Counted from the stretch's first letter, positions 8,653 through 18,877 are shown. The stretch: 64,000 nucleotides of DNA from Patescibacteria group bacterium (GCA_040752125.1 JBFMFK010000006.1:1152-65151), one strand, 5' to 3'. Numbers and translations: made by a program. Notes: generated by a model from the sequence alone, not told the origin.

Positions 8653-9165
8653 TTATTTGATGATATATGTTGTCAATAAAATTTTAAAATCACCTCTCCA
8701 AAGTTCACTGATCTTTGATAATCTTAATTCTTTTAAGACTATGCTATTCGGGAGGTTTCCTAAAAGGACTATAAATTGGAAAACATTGGAAAATGAACCT
8801 TCTGCATGTAAATTTAAAATTGGTTTTTCTGTCTTCTTATCCGCAAAATCAATTGAGTCAAATTTTACTTCCAAACCGAGTTTTTTTCCTGTTGACTCAA
8901 GATTTTCTATAAAGGAAACCGTACTCTCTTTATCAAGAAAAATAGAATTAACTTCCTTCCATTGTTCTTTGATCTCTTCTATTTCTCTTTTTAGTATTTT
9001 AATATTCTGCTCTTTGTTTTCGGCAAGAAACAAATCTTGGGGGATTTTATTCAAAATGATAATCTGATTCTCTATTCTTAAATAAAAGTAGAAAACTGCA
9101 AACAGAGCTAAAAGGTCTAAAAAAACAACCAATATTATAGAAATAATAAATTTTTTATTACTCAT
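8653..9165 (-). CDS. pilO: PilO-like type IV pilus assembly protein
   Basis: TM + coiled coil + EGSFSNVFQFI ferredoxin-like motif; follows pilMN. Confidence 0.7.
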   Translation of the reverse strand: MSNKKFIISIILVVFLDLLALFAVFYFYLRIENQIIILNKIPQDLFLAENKEQNIKILKREIEEIKEQWKEVNSIFLDKESTVSFIENLESTGKKLGLEVKFDSIDFADKKTEKPILNLHAEGSFSNVFQFIVLLGNLPNSIVLKELRLSKISELWRGDFKILLTTYIIK

Positions 9166-9170
9166 TTTTA

Positions 9171-9719
9171 TTACTCATTAATTTTGATACTTATATTAAA
9201 CTCTACATTTTCTGATCTCAAAAAATTGCTGATTGGCGACACAACGTCCTTAATTTCAGGTATCTTTCTTAAGTTGTCGGAGAAATCCGATAAAGATCTT
9301 CGTGTCTTGCTTAATCCCGTAATCGTAATAGTATCGGCATCATCTTTTTCACCATTGGCCTGATACAAAAAGGAATTTATTTTTATATCGTCTGATTTAA
9401 GATAGATTATCTCTTCAATAAGTTGGGAAATATCGCTTTTTGGTTTCTGGTATTGATTCAGATTTGAAATTTTTGAGTTTACATCTGAAATGAAATTGAT
9501 TATTTCTTGATCTTCTGGTGACCTCAATTTTTTAATTGCAAAAGAAAATCTTTCTTCATATAATCTCTTTTGGCTATTTGCCGTAAAAAATATTATCACC
9601 GCAATCAGCAATAAGAAGATTATGATTAGAAACAAGCCGGCGCCTGCAACAATAATGAACCTTCTTAGATATTCTTTCTTTAAAGCTTTTTTATTTTCTA
9701 ATGGGAGTAAGTTGATCAT
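9171..9719 (-). CDS. pilN: PilN-like type IV pilus assembly protein
   Basis: MINLLP N-terminal motif + TM. Confidence 0.85.
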   Translation of the reverse strand: MINLLPLENKKALKKEYLRRFIIVAGAGLFLIIIFLLLIAVIIFFTANSQKRLYEERFSFAIKKLRSPEDQEIINFISDVNSKISNLNQYQKPKSDISQLIEEIIYLKSDDIKINSFLYQANGEKDDADTITITGLSKTRRSLSDFSDNLRKIPEIKDVVSPISNFLRSENVEFNISIKINE

Positions 9720-9729
9720 TTTATTTAAT

Positions 9730-10803
9730 TTACAAAGATTTTAGAACTAAGCCCAGCGCAGTGGCATAGATTAAAGATTCTTTATATTCTATTTCAGGAA
9801 TTTTTTCTTCAAAAGAAACTATATTGACCCAGGGGTTGGCTCGTTCAACGGGCAGTTTCAACTCATAAGATAAATATTCCGGCAATCCTAATAGATTGGC
9901 GCCGCCTCCACAGATGATAATTTTCTTCAGAACATCGCTCTCTTCATCGCCACTCATTCTTGAATCCCAATAGAGTATGTGTTTTTTTATTTCATCTTTC
10001 ACTGCAGCGATTATGGGCAGAAGAGAATCAAAAATTTTTTCATTTCCTTTCTTTTTAATCAGCCCTTTAGTTCTTTTTATTTCCTCTGCTTCAGAAAAAT
10101 CTAGAGATAAATCTTTGGAAAGAGTAAGTGTCAAATCATCTCCTCCTATGTGTATTGTTGAAGTAAAATGAATCTTATTATTCTCAATAATGGCAGAGGT
10201 TACCCTTGCCGCTCCAAAATCAATCAAAAGAACAGACTCTTTATTTCCTTGAGGAATAACTGCTCTGGCAAGCGCCTGAGACTCAATTTCAAAAGTTAAA
10301 GGCAGCATTCCGGCAGCAACAAAAACGTCTCTATAGTTTTCTATAAGATTTTTTGGCATTGCCGAAAGATTAACAAGAAGACTATTATTATTTCTCATAC
10401 CTATAATTTCAAAGTCAAAAATGGCATTTTCAACCGAAAGAGGAATGTGTTCTTCGAGTTGTAACTCTAGAGCATCTCTTATCTCCTCCTCTTTTAGAAA
10501 TGGAAGAACTATCCTGCTCAAGAAAGCTTTTTCTTCAGGAAGTGCAACATTTATGAAATTTATTTTAAGTTCTTTTTTAAGAGATTTTAGGAATTTTATA
10601 AAATTTTCTTTCTGGTGAATTTCTCCGGATTCAATAAAACCCTTGGGTATAATCCTAGAGCCAAAACCAGAAACTGTAAGATTCCCTCTTTTTTGTGAAA
10701 ACTGCACAAATTTTAACGATCTGTCAGAGAGATCGATTCCAATGGCCGGCATACTTAAATAATCAGGGATAGGAATAGCATTAAGAACCCATTTAAGAAA
10801 CAT
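9730..10803 (-). CDS. pilM: Type IV pilus assembly protein PilM
   Basis: GIDLSDRSLK, LLIDFG, CGGGANL, ATALGL actin-like motifs. Confidence 0.9.
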   Translation of the reverse strand: MFLKWVLNAIPIPDYLSMPAIGIDLSDRSLKFVQFSQKRGNLTVSGFGSRIIPKGFIESGEIHQKENFIKFLKSLKKELKINFINVALPEEKAFLSRIVLPFLKEEEIRDALELQLEEHIPLSVENAIFDFEIIGMRNNNSLLVNLSAMPKNLIENYRDVFVAAGMLPLTFEIESQALARAVIPQGNKESVLLIDFGAARVTSAIIENNKIHFTSTIHIGGDDLTLTLSKDLSLDFSEAEEIKRTKGLIKKKGNEKIFDSLLPIIAAVKDEIKKHILYWDSRMSGDEESDVLKKIIICGGGANLLGLPEYLSYELKLPVERANPWVNIVSFEEKIPEIEYKESLIYATALGLVLKSL

Positions 10804-10848
10804 AATATCTCTATTTTATAACATTAAACCCTAAAAGAAAAACCAATT

Positions 10849-11883
10849 TCAGAAAACACTCCTCAAATGACCTGCTGCTTCCTCTGGAGGAACCACCACA
10901 ACTTCAACTCCGGTTCCCAATTCAACTCCAGCCCATTTATAGGTTCTGGGCAGAATCTCTATATGCCAATGATAATAAGGAATATCTTTTACTTTGGCAG
11001 ATGCAGTATGTATAAAAAAATTATAATCAGGATTTTTCAATGCCTTAGAAATTCGATGAAGGGCATCTTTCAGGCTATGGGCGAGATAAACTAATTCTTT
11101 ATCCGAGATCTCTTCAAAATCAGAGCTATGCTCTATGGGAAAAATTCTTGTCTCATAAGATACTCTTGAGGTATAGGGGCAGATTGTTATAAAATAAGGA
11201 TTTTTTGCAACAATTCTTTTTCCTTCCTTTCTTTCATAATCAATCATAGTGCAATGAACGCATTTTTTATTTTTTTTATAAAAATTTATTCCACCATTGA
11301 TGCTCCTAGAAACATCGGGGGGTATAATCGGCATAGCCACAAGTTGAGAGTGAGGATGTTCAATTGTTGCCCCTGCTGATTCTCCTTGATTATGAAATAT
11401 CAAGACATACTCTACACATTTATTCTTTTCCAGCATTTTGTACCTTTGACGGTATGCCTTAAGAATTAAAATTATTTCTTCAAGCGACATCCTCTCTATC
11501 GGCTTATTGTGATCACGCATAATGATTACTTCGTGAAAACCAACTGCCTCTATTTTTTCATAGGGCCCGTAATGAGAAATGGTCGGGCAGATATCGCTTT
11601 TCAAAAGCATCGGATATTTGTTGGGAATGACCTGTATAAACCAGTCATTAAAAGATTTTGCTTCTTTTTTGGCAAACCAAATTATCGGTTTAGGATTGCC
11701 GCTTTTTTGCGGGTCTTCAAAGGGACAATTTTTCTTTGTGTCTTTTTTGGGGACTTTTTTCTTTTTGCTGAGAAAATTGGGTTTTTTGCCTCTTCCTCTT
11801 ATAGAAGAAACCAAAATCCATTCTCTACTGACTAGGTCTTTTCTTATCTCTTCAATAAAATTTTTATTCTTTTTATTCATCAT
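10849..11883 (-). CDS. galT: Galactose-1-phosphate uridylyltransferase (GalT family)
   Basis: CPF, PNKYP, GFHEVI, AGATIEHPHSQ, YHWHIEI. Confidence 0.88.
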   Translation of the reverse strand: MMNKKNKNFIEEIRKDLVSREWILVSSIRGRGKKPNFLSKKKKVPKKDTKKNCPFEDPQKSGNPKPIIWFAKKEAKSFNDWFIQVIPNKYPMLLKSDICPTISHYGPYEKIEAVGFHEVIIMRDHNKPIERMSLEEIILILKAYRQRYKMLEKNKCVEYVLIFHNQGESAGATIEHPHSQLVAMPIIPPDVSRSINGGINFYKKNKKCVHCTMIDYERKEGKRIVAKNPYFITICPYTSRVSYETRIFPIEHSSDFEEISDKELVYLAHSLKDALHRISKALKNPDYNFFIHTASAKVKDIPYYHWHIEILPRTYKWAGVELGTGVEVVVVPPEEAAGHLRSVF

Positions 11884-12616
11884 ATTTTCCTTTCATTAAA
11901 TTCAAGCGAATTCTTAAAACATCCAGCAAGACTTTAAAATATGAAAATAATTTGACATGACTATGAGGATCATTAATCCAGTGAATTGGAATAATGCCGA
12001 TTTTGTATCCAGATTTCCTTGCGAGGGCAAGTATTTCCACATCAAAGGCCCAGCGATTAATTTTTGTTAATTTAAAAATTTTTTCCGCAACATAATCTCT
12101 AAATGCCTTAAAACCGTTTTGTGTGTCCCAAATTCCCGGCACCGCCATAATCTGAATATATAAATTACCCATATTGCCCATTAATCTTTTGTACCAGGGT
12201 TGTGGAACTTCTTGGCTAGCTCCTTTTGCATCTTTTGGATCGCGAGTGCTGATGACTAAATCATAACTCTTGTCAAAAAATGGCCGCATCTGTTCAAAAT
12301 AAGAAATGTCAGTTGAATTATCAGCATCAGTAAAAAGACGAATTTTTCCTTTGGCTGCCAACATCCCCTCTTTTACTGTGTAGCCTTTTCCTTTATTCTG
12401 CTTGCGGTCTATTAAACGTAAATTGGGAATCTGTAACTGGAGATCGCGAACAATATCAGCAGTATTATCTTTTGATCCGTCACAGACAACTAAAATCTCA
12501 TAAGAATAAGGTTGTGTTTGAAGATAGAAGGAAATCCGTCTAAGGGTTTTGAAAATCCTTTCTGCCTCATTATAAGCTGGAATGATAATTGATAAATATA
12601 ATTCTGAATTTTTCAC
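11873..12616 (-). CDS. GT2 glycosyltransferase (dolichyl-phosphate glucosyltransferase-like)
   Basis: IIPAYNE, DGSKD, GKG, TDAD, DTQNGFK, AFDVE. Confidence 0.9.
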   Translation of the reverse strand: MKNSELYLSIIIPAYNEAERIFKTLRRISFYLQTQPYSYEILVVCDGSKDNTADIVRDLQLQIPNLRLIDRKQNKGKGYTVKEGMLAAKGKIRLFTDADNSTDISYFEQMRPFFDKSYDLVISTRDPKDAKGASQEVPQPWYKRLMGNMGNLYIQIMAVPGIWDTQNGFKAFRDYVAEKIFKLTKINRWAFDVEILALARKSGYKIGIIPIHWINDPHSHVKLFSYFKVLLDVLRIRLNLMKGKYDE

Positions 12617-12620
12617 ATTT

Positions 12621-13010
12621 TTATTTTAGCATTTTCTTCTTTTCAATAAAACTCCTTAGAATAAGTGCAGCAGCTGAAGCGTCAATTTTTTTACTTCTTT
12701 TCTGAAAGTGTCTGGCTTCTTGAGTAGTTAATATTTCAGTTTGATATTCAATTGGCAAATTCGTTTCTTTTTTCAGTAAGATTTTAAATTTTTCAATCTT
12801 TTCCATAATAGGATTAGGTCGACCATTATAATCAATTGATTCTCCAAGAATGATTTTTCTTACATTATTTTCTTTGCAAATTTTTTTAATTTTCCTAATC
12901 ACATTTTTATTGTTTTCAAGCACATTATGCGCAAATGCAAAACTAGCGTTTTCATCAGAAAGCGCGATGCCAATTCTCTTTTCCCCATAATCAATCCCCA
13001 TTAATCGCAT
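12621..13010 (-). CDS. ruvX: YqgF/RuvX RNase H-like protein
   Basis: GIDYGEKRIGIA, IDASAAALIL. Confidence 0.9.
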   Translation of the reverse strand: MRLMGIDYGEKRIGIALSDENASFAFAHNVLENNKNVIRKIKKICKENNVRKIILGESIDYNGRPNPIMEKIEKFKILLKKETNLPIEYQTEILTTQEARHFQKRSKKIDASAAALILRSFIEKKKMLK

Positions 13011-13022
13011 AATAAACTTTGT

Positions 13023-13043
13023 CCTAAACTAAGTTTGGGTCAA
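13023..13043. repeat. REP-like palindrome family A, copy 1
   Basis: CCTAAACTAAGTTTGGGTCAA overlapping the transposase stop. Confidence 0.75.
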
Positions 13044-13662
13044 AATCTTGATAGTGTTCTTCTGTAAAATTTTTATATTCTTCAGAATTTTTAAATTGAC
13101 CTGCAATAATATCTTTTTTGAGTAAATGTTGCCAGCGATTCTGCGAAACAAAATCTTGATAACTTGACCATGGATAAAAATGCTCTTTATTTTTCCAAGA
13201 TTCTAAGTCCTTAGAATTTTTATGAATATAACACGAAAGAATCAATAAATAGTCGTTATTATCAATGTGTTTTGAATGAAAATTACTTTCAAAAAGATGG
13301 CCGCGTCTTTCATATTTTATATTGTAGTATTTAGAATGACTGACTAAAATTTTATGAAGATATTTTGAAATATTACCCCCTTCTCTTTCTCTAAGTAATA
13401 AATGAAAATGTGTAGGCATTAAACAAAAACATATAATATCTGTTAATGATTCTCCCAATTTTATTTCCCCGCTTAATATGTCCCAAACTAAGTTTAGGGC
13501 AATGGCACGGTCAAGGCGTGGAGTTGGATTAATTGTATTTGAAGAAAAAAGTAAAGATAGAAAACGATTGTAATCTCTGTCCTCGCGAAAGATTTCTAAA
13601 TTTCCTATGCCGTGAACATATATATGATAAAATTCTCCTTTAGCAAATGTATGTGGTCTCAT
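13024..13662 (-). mobile_element. RAYT-like Y1 (IS200-superfamily) HUH transposase
   Basis: YHIYVHG, CLMPTHFHLL (HUH), GHLFE, YIHKN, YPWSSY. Confidence 0.85.
13482..13499. repeat. REP-like palindrome family A, copy 2 (intragenic)
   Basis: CCCAAACTAAGTTTAGGG. Confidence 0.7.
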
Positions 13663-13674
13663 TAATTATATTAT

Positions 13675-14478
13675 TTATATTATTGACCCAAACTTAGTTT
13701 GGGTCAAGCAAGTTAATATCTCTGCTCCGAATTTTGTGACAACAACAGTGTGCTCAAAATGCGCTGCCAAAAAGCCATCTTTTGTTTTCCAAGTCCAGCC
13801 GTCTTTATCAAGAAAAACATCGGCATTCTCTTCTGTCACCATTGGCTCAATCGCTAAGGTCATACCATTTTTTAATTGGATGCCCTTTCCTTTTTTCCCG
13901 AAATTGGGAATGTCAGGCTCCTCATGAACACTATACCCTATGCCATGGCCAACCAATTTTTTTACCACATTAAAACCTCTTGCCTCAACATACGACTGGA
14001 TGGCGAATCCAATATCTCCTAAAAATGAACCATCCTTTATTGTCTTTATGCCTGCCATCAATGCCCTTTGTGTTATTTCAATCATATCCACAGTTTTTTT
14101 GTTAAGTCGCTCAATAGCATCAACAGCAAAAGTGATTGCCATATCTGTATGTAAATTCTTATATCTTATACCCAAATCAATACTTACGACATCTCCTGAT
14201 TTTAAAATTCTTTCCTTGCTAGGAATACCGTGCACTACCTCATCGTTTATGGAAACGCATAAAACTGCAGGAAATGGTCTTTTACCATCCGGCCCCTTGT
14301 AATTTTTAAAGGAGGGATTGCACCCGGATTTTTTGACAAGTTCTTCCGCCTTATCATTCAATTCAATCGTAGCCATTCCAGCCTTGGTATATGCAGAAAC
14401 CTGATAAAGAATATCAGCGAGCAGCCTTCCAGACTCTTTCATAATTTCTATTTCTTTAGGTGTCTTGATATAAATCAC
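13675..14478 (-). CDS. map: Type I methionine aminopeptidase
   Basis: CVSINDEVVHGIP, GHGIG, HEEP, AIEPM, AHFEHT. Confidence 0.97.
   Translation of the reverse strand: MIYIKTPKEIEIMKESGRLLADILYQVSAYTKAGMATIELNDKAEELVKKSGCNPSFKNYKGPDGKRPFPAVLCVSINDEVVHGIPSKERILKSGDVVSIDLGIRYKNLHTDMAITFAVDAIERLNKKTVDMIEITQRALMAGIKTIKDGSFLGDIGFAIQSYVEARGFNVVKKLVGHGIGYSVHEEPDIPNFGKKGKGIQLKNGMTLAIEPMVTEENADVFLDKDGWTWKTKDGFLAAHFEHTVVVTKFGAEILTCLTQTKFGSII
13683..13707. repeat. REP-like palindrome family A, copy 3
   Basis: TTGACCCAAACT-T-AGTTTGGGTCAA, perfect 12-bp arms. Confidence 0.85.
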
Positions 14479-15158
14479 AAATTTAATAATTTCAAAATAT
14501 CCCCATGAACATTTTCAATACTTTGTTCACCGTTAATCTTTATTATTTTCTGCTTTGTGGCTAAAAAATTTAAGGCCGGCACAGTCTGATTTTTATATTC
14601 TTTCATGCGCACATCAAAAATCTCTTTTTTATCTATATCTCTTTCCTGAAGCACGCCATGGCATTCCGGACATTTTACACACGGTTTTAATTCATCAGAT
14701 TCTATAAAAACATGTTCACCAGACTGGTTGCAAATTAATCTTTTTTCTATTCTTTTTTTTAATTCTTCATCTCTAACATCAATTTCTATAATCTTTAAAT
14801 TTTCTTTTCCAAGAGAATCAATTAAAAAATCATAAAGCATTTCTGCCTCGTAAAGTGTGCGTGGTGAACCGTCGTAAATAATACCGTTGAACTCATTCTG
14901 ATGATTGAATATCTCTTCTGTTTTTTCTTTTACGCGCTCGAACATCCATTCTTTATCAAAAAGCAAACCTTTTTCATATCTTTCTTTCTGTCTCATAGCA
15001 GGGGGATCATTATGAGAAAAAATATAATCTCTCCCTACTCGGCTGGAGATAAAATGAAAAAAACGAAATTTCTCTGCCAAAAGTTTTATCTGCGTCCCCT
15101 TACCTGAACCCGGAGGGCCGATAACAATGACTGCAAGAAAATTCCTGTTTTTATTCAT
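14475..15158 (-). CDS. adk: Adenylate kinase
   Basis: GPPGSGKGTQ, DGSPRT, Cys-containing lid; between secY and map. Confidence 0.9.
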   Translation of the reverse strand: MNKNRNFLAVIVIGPPGSGKGTQIKLLAEKFRFFHFISSRVGRDYIFSHNDPPAMRQKERYEKGLLFDKEWMFERVKEKTEEIFNHQNEFNGIIYDGSPRTLYEAEMLYDFLIDSLGKENLKIIEIDVRDEELKKRIEKRLICNQSGEHVFIESDELKPCVKCPECHGVLQERDIDKKEIFDVRMKEYKNQTVPALNFLATKQKIIKINGEQSIENVHGDILKLLNL

Positions 15159-16440
15159 ATTCTCGCATAACGATTTGAGATTCTGTTTGTTTTATGGTTT
15201 CCAAGATAACAGAAACAACAATAAGAAGTGCGGTGCCGCCAATGGCCAAGGCAGGATTATTTGTAAAGGCTCGCATCACTAGAGGCAAAACTGCAATCAA
15301 TCCTAAAAACACCGCGCCCACAAGTGTGATGCGGTGAAGAATTTTTGCAATGAATTCAGCGGTAGATCTTCCTGGTCTGATGCCCGGTATAAAAGCGCCG
15401 CTTTTTTGCAGATTAGTGGAAATAGCCTCAGGATCAAAGGTGACTGCTGTATAAAAATAAGTGAAGAGAAAAACCAAGACAAAATATAAAGATCCATAAA
15501 TCCAAGCATTGTTTACAAAAATTGAAAGAAAATTGCTGAGAGAATTAAAAATCGGATGAGAAAATTTAGACAGAACATTGGCGATCATCTGAGGAAACAA
15601 TAAGATAGAGATGGCGAAAATGATCGGTATCACTCCTGCCTGGTTCACTCTCAAAGGCAGGTGAGTTGAAACTCCTCCGTACATCTTCATTCCCCTGACT
15701 TGTTTGGCATAGGAAATAGGAATGGGCCGATCTGCTTCAGTTATCAAGACTACTCCGGCAATGATAAAAACCGCAGCCACCAAAAAGCCGAAGGCCAAGG
15801 GAAGTATTGAGGGATCAAAATTTGGATAAACATATTGGAAGATAAGCTGATTTAATGTTGTTGGTATAGAAGCAACAATGCCGGCGAAAATTAAAAGTGA
15901 GATACCGTTTCCAATACCATGCTCGGATATTAATTCTCCTAGCCACATCAAAATTATTGAACCAGTTACAACAATAATAATATTTAAAAATCTGTCAAAC
16001 AGAGTAGGGCTGGTTAAAACGCCTCCTTTTTCCAAAAGTGCCAATAGACCAAAACCCTGCATAGCTGCTAAGGGAACAGTTAAGATCCTTGAGTATTGGT
16101 TAAATTTCTGTCTTCCTATTTCGCCCTCTTCATGATAAAGCTCTTTTAATCTGGGAGAGATCATTGTCATCAACTGCATAATGATAGTGGCAGTGATATA
16201 AGGAGCCACGCCAAGCATTGCTATTGAAAGATTAGATAATCCTCCTCCGGAAAAAATATTGAGCAAGCCAAAAAACTGATTGCCTGCTAAAAAAGACTGC
16301 AGTTTCAGTTGATCAATGCCCGGAATTGGTATGTTTGCGCCAATTCTAAAAAGGACAAGAATAAAAAGCACAAAAAGTATTTTTTTGCGTAAATCCTTAT
16401 CTTTAAAAATTATCCTTAATTTTCTTAAAAAATTATTCAT
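15151..16440 (-). CDS. secY: Preprotein translocase SecY
   Basis: LGVAPYITA, GIGNGISL, IPGIRPG, GGTALLIVV. Confidence 0.98.
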   Translation of the reverse strand: MNNFLRKLRIIFKDKDLRKKILFVLFILVLFRIGANIPIPGIDQLKLQSFLAGNQFFGLLNIFSGGGLSNLSIAMLGVAPYITATIIMQLMTMISPRLKELYHEEGEIGRQKFNQYSRILTVPLAAMQGFGLLALLEKGGVLTSPTLFDRFLNIIIVVTGSIILMWLGELISEHGIGNGISLLIFAGIVASIPTTLNQLIFQYVYPNFDPSILPLAFGFLVAAVFIIAGVVLITEADRPIPISYAKQVRGMKMYGGVSTHLPLRVNQAGVIPIIFAISILLFPQMIANVLSKFSHPIFNSLSNFLSIFVNNAWIYGSLYFVLVFLFTYFYTAVTFDPEAISTNLQKSGAFIPGIRPGRSTAEFIAKILHRITLVGAVFLGLIAVLPLVMRAFTNNPALAIGGTALLIVVSVILETIKQTESQIVMREYE

Positions 16441-16864
16441 ATTTTCCTCCGACTTTTTCTATTTTTGTTTTTGCTGCGCCTGAGATTATACAATCCGAGA
16501 TAAATAGTTTTTTTGTCAGCTTACCATCGCCTAATATTTTCACCCTGGGAAATTTACCTTTATGTTTTCTGATTAATTTTTTCTCAAAAAGAATCTTGGG
16601 ATTAATTTTATCATTATCAGAAAAGTTCTTTTCTAAAAGACCAAGATTAACAACCAGAGGTTTGGGAATTATCGTCTTAAATCGATAACCTCTCTTTTTA
16701 GGGAGTTTTTTGATCACATCTCTTAATTGAGGTCTTATTCTTCTGCCAGCCCTTGCCTTTTGCCCCTTCATACCCCTGCCAGAGTAAGTTCCCCCTTTCC
16801 CTCCTCTGCCTATTCTCTTTTTCCGTCTTTTCTTTATCCTTGGTTTTAGTTGATTCAATTGCAT
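16433..16864 (-). CDS. rplO: 50S ribosomal protein L15
   Basis: RIGRGGK..GRGMKGQKAR, KILGDG. Confidence 0.96.
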   Translation of the reverse strand: MQLNQLKPRIKKRRKKRIGRGGKGGTYSGRGMKGQKARAGRRIRPQLRDVIKKLPKKRGYRFKTIIPKPLVVNLGLLEKNFSDNDKINPKILFEKKLIRKHKGKFPRVKILGDGKLTKKLFISDCIISGAAKTKIEKVGGKYE

Positions 16865-16878
16865 ACTTTATCTTAACA

Positions 16879-17328
16879 TTATCTTAACATTTTTAACGCC
16901 TTAATTGTGGCGCGGGCATTATTTAATTTATTTTTGCTTCTACTTAATATTTTTGATACCGCATTTTTAACTCCCCCCAACTCCAGAACCGTTCTTACAG
17001 AACTTCCCGCAATCAATCCTCTGCCCTTTGGCGCTGGTTGAAGAAAAACTATCGCACTTGCATATTTTGCATTAACCTTATAGGGAACGGAGAAATCTTC
17101 TGTGATTTTCAGTTTTATGGCATTCTTCTTTGCATTTCTAAATGCCTTTTCAATCGCAATAGATGTATCAGCACCCTTGCCCAAACCAACACCAACCTCT
17201 CCATTTCTGTTTCCTGCTACCACTGCCACCCTGAAACTAAATCGCCTCCCGCCAGCCACCACTCTGGCTACTCTTCTGATGTCTATTATTTTATAATCAA
17301 ATTCAGATTTTTGATTCTTGATTTTCAT
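16879..17328 (-). CDS. rpsE: 30S ribosomal protein S5
   Basis: RRVARVVAGGRRFSF; ATG at 17328 avoids overlap with rplR. Confidence 0.95.
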   Translation of the reverse strand: MKIKNQKSEFDYKIIDIRRVARVVAGGRRFSFRVAVVAGNRNGEVGVGLGKGADTSIAIEKAFRNAKKNAIKLKITEDFSVPYKVNAKYASAIVFLQPAPKGRGLIAGSSVRTVLELGGVKNAVSKILSRSKNKLNNARATIKALKMLR

Positions 17329-17332
17329 AATA

Positions 17333-17680
17333 TTAAAATTCAAGTCCTTTTTCCCGAAGTCCTTCTGCTACTGCCTTGATAATGCCGTGATATTTATATC
17401 CTCCCCGGTCAAAAACTATTTTTTTTATCCTCTTGTTTCTGGCTAACTCCGCCAATAATCTTCCAGCCTTCCTTGCCTTTTCTATCCTTCCCATTTTTTC
17501 TTTTATCTTGGAATCATTGTATGAAATGATCGTTTTGCCTCTTTGATCATCTATTAATTGGAGATTGATGTATTTATTTGAACGAAAAACAGAAAGACGT
17601 GGCCTATTGGCAGTGCCAGTAATTTTTGCCCTTACTCTTTTGTGTCTTCTATTTCTTGTTTTTAATTTTGACTTTTGCAT
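17333..17680 (-). CDS. rplR: 50S ribosomal protein L18
   Basis: RPRLSVFRSN, FDRGGYKYHG. Confidence 0.97.
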   Translation of the reverse strand: MQKSKLKTRNRRHKRVRAKITGTANRPRLSVFRSNKYINLQLIDDQRGKTIISYNDSKIKEKMGRIEKARKAGRLLAELARNKRIKKIVFDRGGYKYHGIIKAVAEGLREKGLEF

Positions 17681-17685
17681 TTTAT

Positions 17686-18219
17686 TTATGCTTGCTTTTT
17701 GCCTGCCTTTCGACGGATAACTTCATTTTCGTATCTGATACCTTTACCTTTGTACGGTTCAGGTTTTTTTAGCTCTCTGATCTTCGCAGCGAAATTACCG
17801 ACATTTTCTTTATCTATACCAGAGATAGTTATAATATTATTTTCAACCGCAACTTTCAAATCTTTGGGAATCTCAATTTTTACTGGATGGGAAAAACCTA
17901 AGCTTAAAAACAAGACATTATCCTGCATTTGGGCCCTGTATCCTATTCCTTCAACAATTAATTTTTTCTCATATCCTTTAGTTACACCCTCAATCATATT
18001 CCTTAAATGTGAGACGTATGTTCCTATCAACATTGGTGCTTCTTTTGTTTCTTTTTTTATTTTTAAATTAATCTCTTTGCCATCTATAGAAATCTCAATC
18101 TCATTTTTAAAACTTCTAGACAGCTCTCCTAAAGGACCCTTGACCATAAATTGATTATCTTCTTTTTTTACTTCTACATTGTCGGGAATCAATATTGGTT
18201 TTTTGCTTAATCTAGACAT
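17686..18219 (-). CDS. rplF: 50S ribosomal protein L6
   Basis: KGPLG, LGFSHP, PEPYKGKGIRY. Confidence 0.98.
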   Translation of the reverse strand: MSRLSKKPILIPDNVEVKKEDNQFMVKGPLGELSRSFKNEIEISIDGKEINLKIKKETKEAPMLIGTYVSHLRNMIEGVTKGYEKKLIVEGIGYRAQMQDNVLFLSLGFSHPVKIEIPKDLKVAVENNIITISGIDKENVGNFAAKIRELKKPEPYKGKGIRYENEVIRRKAGKKQA

Positions 18220-18250
18220 TTTTATTTGTGGTTATAATGAGATTGCAAAA

Positions 18251-18640
18251 CTACCATATTTCGCAGATTAACTCTCCGCCAAGCTTATTTTTCTTTGCCT
18301 CTTTATCATCAAAAACCCCTTTGGATGTTGAAATAACCCAGATACCTTTGCCAGATTGAACATTGCGAATTTTGTTTGCGGAAATATAAATTCTTCTGGA
18401 GGGCTTGGAAATTCTTTTTAAATGACTAATCAATGGTTTCTTGTTTTTATCATAGCTAAGCGCAACATCAATTATTTTCTTATTTTTTCTGCCTTTTAGT
18501 GCTGATTTCTTAATAAATCCTCTTTTCTCTAAAATTTTTAAGATGTTTAATTTCAATTGGGAATAGGGAATGGCAACCGTTTCTTTTTTAACAGCCAGTC
18601 CATTTCTTATTATTGTCAGCATATTACCTATTGTATCCAT
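18251..18640 (-). CDS. rpsH: 30S ribosomal protein S8
   Basis: RISKPSRRIY, STSKG, GGELICEIW. Confidence 0.97.
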   Translation of the reverse strand: MDTIGNMLTIIRNGLAVKKETVAIPYSQLKLNILKILEKRGFIKKSALKGRKNKKIIDVALSYDKNKKPLISHLKRISKPSRRIYISANKIRNVQSGKGIWVISTSKGVFDDKEAKKNKLGGELICEIW

Positions 18641-18673
18641 AATAAAAATTTAAGATTTTTGACCAAGGGGCAC

Positions 18674-18859
18674 TTACCAGGAAGACTTACGGATGCCTGG
18701 AATCAATCCTTCATTGGCAAGTTCTCTAAAGCAGATTCGACATAAATTAAAATCTCTTAGATATCCTCTTTTCCGACCGCAACGAAAACAGCGCCTTACA
18801 ATTCGTGATTTGTATTTTGGCTTCTTTCTTGATCTTGCAATTGTTGATTTTTTTGCCAT
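18674..18859 (-). CDS. rpsN: 30S ribosomal protein S14 (Zn-binding type Z)
   Basis: RCFRCGR...LCRICFRE. Confidence 0.97.
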   Translation of the reverse strand: MAKKSTIARSRKKPKYKSRIVRRCFRCGRKRGYLRDFNLCRICFRELANEGLIPGIRKSSW

Positions 18860-18877
18860 AGGTGAAATTTATGCTAA

